Under the pieces are notes generated by a model. The model was not told the origin of the DNA and searched no databases. It saw nothing but the letters and a program-made list of their open reading frames with translations. A stretch of DNA of 64,000 bases from Phycisphaerales bacterium (lineage in GTDB: Bacteria > Planctomycetota > Phycisphaerae > Phycisphaerales > UBA5793): contig JADZAS010000023.1 in assembly GCA_020852515.1 (NCBI GenBank), positions 135,346 to 199,345 of the forward strand, given 5' to 3'. A program made the translations under genes and the position numbers. Every line of letters starts with the position of its first letter. Within the stretch, counting starts at the first letter, position 1. Positions 43,782-51,994 of the stretch are shown piece by piece.

Positions 43782-44324
43782 TTACTGGATGCGCTGCACC
43801 AGCCCGGTGCGCGCCGTGATGCGGACGGTGTGACCGCCCGAGAGCGTGATGGTGCCGTCGGAGGCAAGCAGCGCTTCATCCGCTCCGAGCGGCCGCCCCC
43901 GGCTGTCGAATCCCACTTCCGACCGGCCGGCGATGTCAACGGCGGCCACCGAAGCGCCGCGCCACTCGCCCTGGTTCAGAGCGACCACGAAGGGCTTGCC
44001 CGTCGCCTCGTCGATGATGGGCTGGCGGTTGGCGCGGCCGGGCGCCGCGGCATCCTCGATGAACAGTGCGTACTGCTGTGCATCGGCGTCGATGACCACC
44101 CACGTGCGCACGCCGCGCGCCACAGCGCGCTGGCGGGCCAGTTGCACATCGCGCAGCAGGCGCGACGCCGCAGCCGCCTGCCGCGTCGCCCCAACGTTGC
44201 TCAGCGTCGGAACAACCACGGCGCTGATGATCGCCAGCAGCACGAGCACGGCGAGCAGTTCCATCAGCGTGAAGCCGCCGACCCGCAAGCCGGATCGGCC
44301 CAGGTTCGTTCCCGTCAGGGGCAT
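43782..44324 (-). CDS. Minor pseudopilin (GspH/FimT-like) with prepilin N-methylation motif
   Basis: The N-terminus contains GGFTLMELLAVLVLLAIISAVVVPTL. Confidence 0.7.
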   Translation of the reverse strand: MPLTGTNLGRSGLRVGGFTLMELLAVLVLLAIISAVVVPTLSNVGATRQAAAASRLLRDVQLARQRAVARGVRTWVVIDADAQQYALFIEDAAAPGRANRQPIIDEATGKPFVVALNQGEWRGASVAAVDIAGRSEVGFDSRGRPLGADEALLASDGTITLSGGHTVRITARTGLVQRIQ

Positions 44325-44328
44325 AGCG

Positions 44329-44757
44329 TTACCAGGTGTTCTCGCCCAACGTGTCGGTGTTGGCCCAGAACTTACCAGTCGCTTCGTCGTAACACCAGCC
44401 GCGGTTCCCGGAAACAGGCGGATTGCTCGCGTCCCACGTGGCGGCGAGGATGCGGCTGTCGTTGTTGTACGGGTTCTCGGGGATGGCTTCCTGCATCACC
44501 GTGCCGGCCGTGCGCAACTGCGCGATGGTGGGATAGACCGGCGTGCCGTTCACGGCCGAGTTGCTGTAAAAACTGGCGATGGCGCTGCGCACGCCGCCGA
44601 GGGCGCCGCGGCAGGCGGATTCCTTCGCCTTGGCCGAGTAATCAAAGAACCTCGGCAGCGCCACGCCCGACAGGATCGCCAGCACCACGATGACGGCGAT
44701 GAGTTCGATCAAGGTGAAGGCGCGGCGAGTTGTGCGTCCGATCCGGTTCGAGTCCAT
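44329..44757 (-). CDS. gspG: Major pseudopilin, GspG/PulG-like
   Basis: ORF 44329..44790 is trimmed to [48 protein letters not shown]. Confidence 0.8.
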   Translation of the reverse strand: MDSNRIGRTTRRAFTLIELIAVIVVLAILSGVALPRFFDYSAKAKESACRGALGGVRSAIASFYSNSAVNGTPVYPTIAQLRTAGTVMQEAIPENPYNNDSRILAATWDASNPPVSGNRGWCYDEATGKFWANTDTLGENTW

Positions 44758-44835
44758 GTTCTCAACCTCCGATTGCCAGTTCAGTTCCATTCCACCACTT
44801 CGAGAGCGGCCGCACCACGACGCAGCCGCGAAGAG

Positions 44836-46038
44836 TCATCCAAGAAGCGCCATCGAGTTCCACATCGGCAGGAAGATGGCCAGCGCCAGTCCAAGCACCA
44901 TCGCAGCCAGCGCGACGACGACCACCGGTTCGATGAGCGTGGCCATGTTGCGCGTGATGTACGAAACCTCCCGGTCATAGTGCCGCGCGATGATGCGGCA
45001 CATGTTGGGCAGTTCGGCGGACTGCTCTCCGGCGGAGATGAGCCGCCGCGCGAAACCAGAGATATACGGGCAGTCCTGTAACACTTCAGCGAGCCTTCCT
45101 CCCTGCGAAACCTGCGTGGCCAGGCGCCGCGCGTCGAGCAGCAGCAGCGGCCGGCCCGCGGCGCGGCCGCCCATCTCCAGGCAGTCCATCAACGGCAGGC
45201 CGCTGGAAATCGAAAGGCCGAAGACGTGGGCAAACCGCGCCAGCGCCGCCGACTGCAGCGCGCTGCGCACGATCGGCAGCCGGTGCACGCATCGGTCCAG
45301 AAACAGGCTGCCATGAGCCGTGCCGGAGATGCGGCGGACAATGGCAACTGCGGCGACGATTCCACCGGCAATGATCCACCAGTATGACGTAGCCGAATCG
45401 CTGATGCCGATAACGATCCGCGTCGGCAGCGGCAGATCGATGCCTCGCGATTCAAACATCGCCACAAACCGCGGTACGACGAAAATCATCAGGAACGTCA
45501 TCGCCGCGACCAGCGCCGTCAGGACGCACACCGGGTACATCAGCGCCGAGCGCAGGCTGGCGCGGGTCTCCACTTCCCGGTCGAGCATCTCTGCGAGGTG
45601 GGCGAGGATGCGCACAAGGTTGCCGCTCTTTTCCGCCGCGCTGATGGTCTCTACGTACACGTCGCCCAGGACGTGGCGATAGCCGCTCATTGCCGCCGTG
45701 ACAGTGCTGCCTGAGGCAATGCCAGCGGCAATGTCTTCGATCATCATCGCCAGCGCCGCGTTGGACTCTTCGCGCGCGATCGACCGCAGGCCGTCGGCGA
45801 TCGGGATGCGCGCCTCGATGAGCACGGAGAACTGGTAGGTGAACTGGCTCACGTCGCGCAGCGTGATTCGCCGCGCGCCTCGGCGGCCGCGCCGCCGCTG
45901 CTCGCGCACCGAGACCGGCGTCAGACCGGTCGAGACGACCCGCCGATAGGCCTCGTCCCACGTGCTGGCGGCCATCACGCCCGAGCGCGCCTGGCCGCGC
46001 GGATCCAGCGCCTTGTACTCGTATGTGCCCGCGGTCAT
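44836..46038 (-). CDS. gspF: Type II secretion / type IV pilus platform protein GspF/PilC
   Basis: The 400-aa product has duplicated T2SSF-type halves (FTYQFSVLIEARIPIADGL...; FAHVFGLSISSGLPLMDCL...) and three TM segments. Confidence 0.9.
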   Translation of the reverse strand: MTAGTYEYKALDPRGQARSGVMAASTWDEAYRRVVSTGLTPVSVREQRRRGRRGARRITLRDVSQFTYQFSVLIEARIPIADGLRSIAREESNAALAMMIEDIAAGIASGSTVTAAMSGYRHVLGDVYVETISAAEKSGNLVRILAHLAEMLDREVETRASLRSALMYPVCVLTALVAAMTFLMIFVVPRFVAMFESRGIDLPLPTRIVIGISDSATSYWWIIAGGIVAAVAIVRRISGTAHGSLFLDRCVHRLPIVRSALQSAALARFAHVFGLSISSGLPLMDCLEMGGRAAGRPLLLLDARRLATQVSQGGRLAEVLQDCPYISGFARRLISAGEQSAELPNMCRIIARHYDREVSYITRNMATLIEPVVVVALAAMVLGLALAIFLPMWNSMALLG

Positions 46039-47720
46039 GCCGACATCCTCCGCGGCGCAGCGGCGCCGGCGTAGGCCGTCTGATCGACCATCACCATCCG
46101 AGCGACTTCATCAATGGTCGTCAGCCCCATGCGGGCCTTGTCGAGCCCATCCTGCCACATGAGCCGCGCGCCCTCGCGCATGGCGACGCGACGGATCTCG
46201 TCGGTGGAGGACCCGCCGGCGACTGCTTCCTGCAGCGGCGCGCTGAATCGGATCAGTTCATACAGCCCGATGCGGCCCTGATAGCCGCTCTGCAGGCAGC
46301 GCGGGCAGCCTTGTCCCCTCCGCAGACCCCGCACATCATGCAGATCGAATTGCGCAACGTGAAACGGCGCCGGGTCGTCAGGCGCCGCGCACTGTTCGCA
46401 GACACGTCGCACCAGCCGCTGGGCCAGGACGCCCGACACGGCCGAGTTGATCACAAACGGCGGCAGGCCGAAATCCGTCAGGCGCGCTATAGCGCCGGCG
46501 GCGTCATTCGTGTGCAGCGTCGAAAGCACGAGATGCCCGGTGAGCGACGCCTGCAGCGCGATTGCCGCCGTCTCTTCGTCGCGTATTTCGCCCACGAGAA
46601 CGACATCGGGATCCTGCCGCAACACCGATCGCAGCGTGGAGGCAAACGTCAGTCCGATCTCCGGATTCACCTGCACCTGGCGCACGAGCGGCACGCGAAT
46701 TTCAACCGGGTCTTCGATGGTGATGATGTTGAGCTGCAGCGTGTTGATTCGGGAAATGGCGCTGTAGAGCGTGGTCGTCTTGCCGCTGCCCGTCGGACCG
46801 GTGACCAGGAGCATGCCGTGCGGCTGAGCGAGGATCTGCTCGAGTTGCCCGGCGGTGGTCGGGTCGATGCCCAGTTCGGCGAAGGTGAGAATCGTGCTGC
46901 CGGCGTTGAGGATGCGAATGACCGCGTTTTCGCCGGTCACGGTCGGCATAACGCTGAGTCGAACATCCACGCGCCGCTCGCCATGCACGAAACGGAATTT
47001 ACCATCCTGCGGCCGGCGCGTCTGCGTGACGTCGAGACCCGCCATGACCTTGAGCCGCTGGACGATCTTGCTGTGCATGCTCAGCGGCGGCCCCTGCCTC
47101 TTGTGGAGCACGCCGTCAATGCGGTAGCGGATGTGCATCTCGCCCTGATCAGGGTTGACGTGAACGTCCGAAGCGCCGCTGCGGATCGCATCTGCGAGCA
47201 ACGTGTTGACGGCGAGCACGATCGGCCCGGTCTCGCCCTCCTCCACTTCGACTTCGCCGCCTGTGCGATCCTCGGCCTCGACTCCCGTCAGCGCGTAGGC
47301 GCGCTCGATAAGGTCGCGCAGCGCCTTGGGCTCGCACAGAATCGGATCGACCTCGCGGCGGACCAGTTGGCGCACCTGGTCGAGCGCCTGCAGATTGAGC
47401 GGATCTTCGATCCCCAAAGCCACGACGTCATCGATGACAAACAGCGGAATGCACAGGTGCTGGCGCGCCAGAGCACGGGGAATGAGGCGGCAGTTGGAGA
47501 GGTTGATCTCGAATTGCGAGAGATCGGCATAGGGCGCTTCGCAGATCTGCGCCTTGGTCATGGCGATTCGATCGGCCGGCAGAAGCGCCAGCGTTTCGAT
47601 GGCCTCGTCGAGCGTGCAGTCGGCCTCGCCGGCCAGAGCCGCGGCCTGACTGAGTTGAGCGCGGCTGAGAAGGCCCTCTTCAACGAGCGCTTTGCCGAGG
47701 AATTCAGCCGACTCGTTCAT
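46035..47720 (-). CDS. gspE: Type II secretion / type IV pilus ATPase GspE/PilB
   Basis: It has an N-terminal T2SSE_N-like domain, Walker A GPTGSGKTTTLY, Asp box, Walker B ILVGEIRD, a His box and a tetracysteine motif (CEQC...CPRC). Confidence 0.92.
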   Translation of the reverse strand: MNESAEFLGKALVEEGLLSRAQLSQAAALAGEADCTLDEAIETLALLPADRIAMTKAQICEAPYADLSQFEINLSNCRLIPRALARQHLCIPLFVIDDVVALGIEDPLNLQALDQVRQLVRREVDPILCEPKALRDLIERAYALTGVEAEDRTGGEVEVEEGETGPIVLAVNTLLADAIRSGASDVHVNPDQGEMHIRYRIDGVLHKRQGPPLSMHSKIVQRLKVMAGLDVTQTRRPQDGKFRFVHGERRVDVRLSVMPTVTGENAVIRILNAGSTILTFAELGIDPTTAGQLEQILAQPHGMLLVTGPTGSGKTTTLYSAISRINTLQLNIITIEDPVEIRVPLVRQVQVNPEIGLTFASTLRSVLRQDPDVVLVGEIRDEETAAIALQASLTGHLVLSTLHTNDAAGAIARLTDFGLPPFVINSAVSGVLAQRLVRRVCEQCAAPDDPAPFHVAQFDLHDVRGLRRGQGCPRCLQSGYQGRIGLYELIRFSAPLQEAVAGGSSTDEIRRVAMREGARLMWQDGLDKARMGLTTIDEVARMVMVDQTAYAGAAAPRRMSA

Positions 47721-48211
47721 GGCCGATTCTCCGGTTCGTCGGGCACTCCAGCGGAGAGGACCTGAGCGGCCCGAGACCGCAAGGTCTCGGAGATGCGGTC
47801 CATCATCGCCGTCAGCGCCTCGTCAAGATGCGCATCGGCAGCCTCGAAACTCGATCCGATGAAGTACGACGGGATGCGGCTCGTGAGATCGACGCGGCGA
47901 ATCCTCACCGCGTGCTCAAACGCCACGCAGCGCGGCGAGTGGGTATCCATCTGTCCCGTCGTCTTGATTGGTTCGAGGATGCGGATGGTGCCGCGCAGCA
48001 TGCGCGGCAGGAACAGCGGAGACTGAAAGCCGATGCCGCCCGCTCCGATGTCGGAGACGGTCATGCGAATGGTGTGGGCGTCGATCACCGCCGCATGCCG
48101 GGCGGAGAAAATCACCTGGGCGCGGTCTGCGGGCGCAACTTCAAACTCGCCCTCGAGCACGACCTCGTTCCGCTCGAACTGCCGGATTGTAAGATCTGCC
48201 CGCCCGGCCAT
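47717..48211 (-). CDS. PilZ-domain protein (probable c-di-GMP receptor)
   Basis: It has RQFER (RxxxR) near the N-terminus and a downstream DIGAGGIGF (D-x-[S/G]-x-x-G). Its stop overlaps the gspE start (ATGA at 47717-47720). Confidence 0.6.
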   Translation of the reverse strand: MAGRADLTIRQFERNEVVLEGEFEVAPADRAQVIFSARHAAVIDAHTIRMTVSDIGAGGIGFQSPLFLPRMLRGTIRILEPIKTTGQMDTHSPRCVAFEHAVRIRRVDLTSRIPSYFIGSSFEAADAHLDEALTAMMDRISETLRSRAAQVLSAGVPDEPENRP

Positions 48212-48374
48212 TGCGCCGCACCTCTTCGGGGCGCACCGCGCGCGAATTGGGCGCGATCCACCCTGGCGGGCTATCGGCCATCGGAAGCGGCTGGTTCAGG
48301 CCCGGGCCCGGCGCCGCCGGCGCAAGTTCCCCCCGATCCGGCACAGGCGCAACGCCTGCATTATCGGTGCAGGC

Positions 48375-49043
48375 CTACACGGCCACGGGCTTGAGTTCAG
48401 GCGACCACCAGATCTCCGCCGAGGTCGCCTGCTCAACCTGCTGGCGCGTCACGTCGGGGGCGATCTCGGTCACTTCAAACCGCTTTAAGCCGTCGCGCAC
48501 CCTGCGGTGCATCACGCACAGGTCGGTGATGATCATATCGATGCAGTCCTTGCCGGTCAGCGGAAGCGTGCACTGCGGGATGATCTTGGGCTCGCCCTTC
48601 TTGGTGGTGTGCTCCATGGTGACGACGACGCGCTTTACGCCGGCGACGAGATCCATCGCTCCGCCGACGCCCTTGACCATCTTTCCGGGAACCATCCAGT
48701 TGGCAATATCGCCATCCTGGCTGATCTCCATGGCGCCGAGGATGGCCATGTCGATGTGTCCGCCGCGGATCATCGCGAACGAGGTCGCGCCATCGAAGAA
48801 CGACGCGCCGGCGACGGCGGTTACCGTCTGCTTGCCCGCGTTGATGAGATCGGCATCGACTTCATCCTCGTGGGGAAAGCGGCCCATGCCCAGCAGACCG
48901 TTTTCGGATTGGAGCCACACCTGCATGCCGGCCGGCACGTGGTTGGCCACGAGCGTGGGCATGCCGATGCCGAGGTTGACGTAGAAGCCGTCGTGCAGTT
49001 CCCCGGCGGCCCGCCTGGTGATCTGGTCGCGTGTCAGAGGCAT
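48375..49043 (-). CDS. scoB: 3-oxoacid CoA-transferase subunit B
   Basis: The product reads MPLTRDQITRRAAGELHDGFYVNLGIGMPTLVANHVP...SENGLLGMG. The start is trimmed from ORF 48375..49094. Confidence 0.9.
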   Translation of the reverse strand: MPLTRDQITRRAAGELHDGFYVNLGIGMPTLVANHVPAGMQVWLQSENGLLGMGRFPHEDEVDADLINAGKQTVTAVAGASFFDGATSFAMIRGGHIDMAILGAMEISQDGDIANWMVPGKMVKGVGGAMDLVAGVKRVVVTMEHTTKKGEPKIIPQCTLPLTGKDCIDMIITDLCVMHRRVRDGLKRFEVTEIAPDVTRQQVEQATSAEIWWSPELKPVAV

Positions 49044-49059
49044 GTCCAACTCCGGTGAT

Positions 49060-49764
49060 TCAGGTGGAGCGCGGCGTAGTGGTCCGCTGCTCAATGCGCT
49101 TTTCGCTGCTGGTCTTTACAATGCGATCGACGAAGATGCCCGGCGTGTGCACCGCATCCGGATCGATGGAGCCGGCCGGGACGATCTCCTCAACCTCGGC
49201 CACGGTGGTCTTGCCCGCCATGGCCATCATGGGATTGAAGTTTCGCGCGGTCTTCCGGAAAATGAGGTTGCCGACCGTGTCGGCCTTCCACGCCTTGACG
49301 AGCGAGACATCCGCCTTGAGCCAGCGCTCCATGACGTAGGTGTGCCCGTCGAAGTCATGATGCTCCTTGCCTTCAGCGAGCGGGGTGCCGACCGCGGTGC
49401 GCGTGTAGAAGGCCGGGATGCCCGCTCCGCCGGCGCGGATGCGCTCGGCGAACGTGCCCTGGGGCACGAACTCGATCTCGAGTTCGCCGGAGAGAAACTG
49501 CCGCGCGAATTCGTCGTTCTCGCCGACGTAGGTCGAGACCATCTTGCGAATCTGCCGCGTCTGCAGCAGCAGGCCCAAGCCCCAGTCGTCGATGCCGGCA
49601 TTGTTCGAGATCGCGGTGATGCCCTTGGTGCCGCTGTCGCGCAGGGCGAGAATGAGCCGCTCGGGGATTCCGCAGAGGCCAAAGCCGCCGACCATCACGG
49701 TCATGCCATCGTGGAGCAGGCCCTCGAGCGCGGCGGCGGGTGTCGCATAGACTTTGTTGATCAT
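49060..49764 (-). CDS. scoA: 3-oxoacid CoA-transferase subunit A
   Basis: The product reads MINKVYATPAAALEGLLHDGMTVMVGGFGLCGIPE...GELEIEFVPQGTFAERIRAGGAGIPAFYT. The start is trimmed from ORF 49060..49860. Confidence 0.9.
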   Translation of the reverse strand: MINKVYATPAAALEGLLHDGMTVMVGGFGLCGIPERLILALRDSGTKGITAISNNAGIDDWGLGLLLQTRQIRKMVSTYVGENDEFARQFLSGELEIEFVPQGTFAERIRAGGAGIPAFYTRTAVGTPLAEGKEHHDFDGHTYVMERWLKADVSLVKAWKADTVGNLIFRKTARNFNPMMAMAGKTTVAEVEEIVPAGSIDPDAVHTPGIFVDRIVKTSSEKRIEQRTTTPRST

Positions 49765-49840
49765 GGCGAGATCATCGTAGGCCCAAGCCGCGCCGCGACC
49801 ATGCCCGGATTTCGCCCCCACTGCCGCTACCGGAGCCCGC

Positions 49841-50644
49841 ATGACCAGCGCCGCCGTCACCTACACCAACTACCTCAAAGTCGATGAACTGCTCGCCTGC
49901 CAGCGCTGCCGATCGGCCGACGAGAACGGCCGGCCCGAGCACGACGAGATGCTCTTCATCATCATCCACCAGGTCTACGAACTCTGGTTCAAGCAGGTGC
50001 TCCACGAACTCGATTTCCTCCAGACGCGCCTGCAGGCCAACGACGCGCCGGCGGCACTGCACACGTTCAAGCGCATCCTGACGATTCTCAAAACGCTGGT
50101 GGGCCAGGTGGACATCCTGGAGACGATGACGCCGCTCTCGTTCAACTCGTTTCGAGGGCGCCTTGAGAGCGCCAGCGGGTTTCAGTCCGCGCAGTTCCGC
50201 GAAGTGGAGTTCCTGCTGGGCCACCGCCAGCCGCACGCCATCAGCGCCCAGGCGGAGGGCAGCGACGCGCGGCAACGGCTTGAGCGGCGGATGCGCGAGC
50301 CCGCCCTCTTCGACTCGTTCCTGCGCTTCCTCGTCGCCAATGGATTCGACGTGCCCGGCGAGCTGCTGGAGCGCGATGTGACGCAGCGGTGGGAGCCGAG
50401 CGAGACCCTGCAGCAGACGCTCGTCAAGGTCTACCGCACCTGCCCGCTGTGCGCACAGGTGTGCGAACGCCTCGTCGATCTGGATGAGGGGCTGCAGGAG
50501 TGGCGCTACCGCCACGTGAAGATGGTCGAACGCACCATCGGCTCCAAACCGGGCACGGGTGGCTCGGCCGGCGCGGAGTACCTCAAACAGACGCTTTTTC
50601 GCCCGCTGTTCCCCGATCTGTGGGCGATCCGGATCCACCTGTAG
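49841..50644 (+). CDS. kynA: Tryptophan 2,3-dioxygenase
   Basis: The product contains YLKVDELL, HDEMLFIIIHQVYELWFKQ, SGFQSAQFREVEF and YRHVKMVERTIGSKPGTGGSAGAEYL. Confidence 0.9.
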   Translation: MTSAAVTYTNYLKVDELLACQRCRSADENGRPEHDEMLFIIIHQVYELWFKQVLHELDFLQTRLQANDAPAALHTFKRILTILKTLVGQVDILETMTPLSFNSFRGRLESASGFQSAQFREVEFLLGHRQPHAISAQAEGSDARQRLERRMREPALFDSFLRFLVANGFDVPGELLERDVTQRWEPSETLQQTLVKVYRTCPLCAQVCERLVDLDEGLQEWRYRHVKMVERTIGSKPGTGGSAGAEYLKQTLFRPLFPDLWAIRIHL

Positions 50645-50659
50645 ATAGAGGGCCGCGCG

Positions 50660-51988
50660 ATGATTGAAAGCGGTGCGAAGACGCAGGTGAGTGACGGGAG
50701 AGCGGGGCCGAAGATTGCCGGAGCGCTCAGGCCCGAAGACCTCTACGCCGACGACAACGCGCTGGCGCCGCACTACTCGCAGTTTGACGTCGCCAACCGC
50801 CTGCTGCTCACGGGCCACTCGCACCAGGCGTGGCCGGATGTCTCGCTCGAGGGGCAGATCGAGGCGTGGCGGGACGCGGCCACGTACGTCGATGACAAGT
50901 GGCCCCGTGCCTTCGAAAAAATGAATCGCTACAAGCGCGGCCTGATGGAGCGGCTTGGCGACCGCGACGGCTGCTATGCCTTCGCATCGAGCACGCATGA
51001 CCTGCTCGTGCGGCTGCTCTCGGCGCTGCCGCTGCGCGACCGGCCGCGCATCGTCACCACCGACGGCGAATACCACAGCGCCCGGCGCCAGTTGGATCGG
51101 CTCGCCGAGGTGCCACCGCTGCAGATCGTGCGGATCCCATCGCGGCCCAGCGCCGATATCGCCTGGAGGCTGGCTGAGGCCGTCAATGACCAGACCGCTC
51201 TGGTCATGGTTTCCCACGTGCTGTTTCGCACCGGACAGATCGTGCCTGGACTCCACGACGTCGCGCTAGCGTGCCAGCGTGCCGGTGCGGCGCTGCTGGT
51301 CGATATGTACCACAGCGTCAACGTCGTCGATGCCTTGCAGCACTTCGATCTCGTGGGGAGCGCAACCGATCGCAGTGGCGCCCGGGGGCCGCTGGCGCCA
51401 TCGCTCCTGGAAGGTCTCGAGCACGCCTTCATCCTCGGCGGTGGCTACAAGTACCTCCAGTGCGGCGAGGGCAATTGCTTCCTCCGCTTCCCGCCCGACT
51501 GTGCGCTTCGGCCGGTGATCACCGGCTGGTATGCCGAGTTCGACGCGATCGCCGATCGCGCGCACCCGGGCCGCGTGGCGTTTTCCAACGGCGACAGCCG
51601 CTTTGCCGGCGCGACCTACGACCCGACGAGTCACTACCGCGCCGCGCGTGTGCTTGACTTCTTCGACGCCATGCATCTCACCCCGCAACGGCTCCGCGAG
51701 GTGAGCCAGCACCAGGTGGGTCTGCTCGCCGAGCGCTTCGACGCACTCGATGCTGATCCGGCCATCATCTCGCGCGACCGCTCGATTGCGCTGGCGCGAC
51801 TGGGCGGATTTCTGGCCCTTGATTCGCCGCGCGCTGCAGAGATCTGCTCGCTGCTTCGGCAGCGCGGCATGTTCACGGATCATCGCGACGGCGTGCTGCG
51901 CCTGGGACCGGCGCCGTACCTCTCCGACCGGCAACTCATCGCCGCCATCGACGCGCTGGGCGAAGCCGTGGATGTACTTGCGCGCTAA
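50660..51988 (+). CDS. kynU: Kynureninase-like PLP-dependent hydrolase (class V aminotransferase fold)
   Basis: It has GHSHQAWPDV and a PLP-lysine context GGGYKYLQCGEG that resembles kynureninase. It lies directly downstream of kynA. Confidence 0.7.
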   Translation: MIESGAKTQVSDGRAGPKIAGALRPEDLYADDNALAPHYSQFDVANRLLLTGHSHQAWPDVSLEGQIEAWRDAATYVDDKWPRAFEKMNRYKRGLMERLGDRDGCYAFASSTHDLLVRLLSALPLRDRPRIVTTDGEYHSARRQLDRLAEVPPLQIVRIPSRPSADIAWRLAEAVNDQTALVMVSHVLFRTGQIVPGLHDVALACQRAGAALLVDMYHSVNVVDALQHFDLVGSATDRSGARGPLAPSLLEGLEHAFILGGGYKYLQCGEGNCFLRFPPDCALRPVITGWYAEFDAIADRAHPGRVAFSNGDSRFAGATYDPTSHYRAARVLDFFDAMHLTPQRLREVSQHQVGLLAERFDALDADPAIISRDRSIALARLGGFLALDSPRAAEICSLLRQRGMFTDHRDGVLRLGPAPYLSDRQLIAAIDALGEAVDVLAR

Positions 51989-51994
51989 GGGCCG

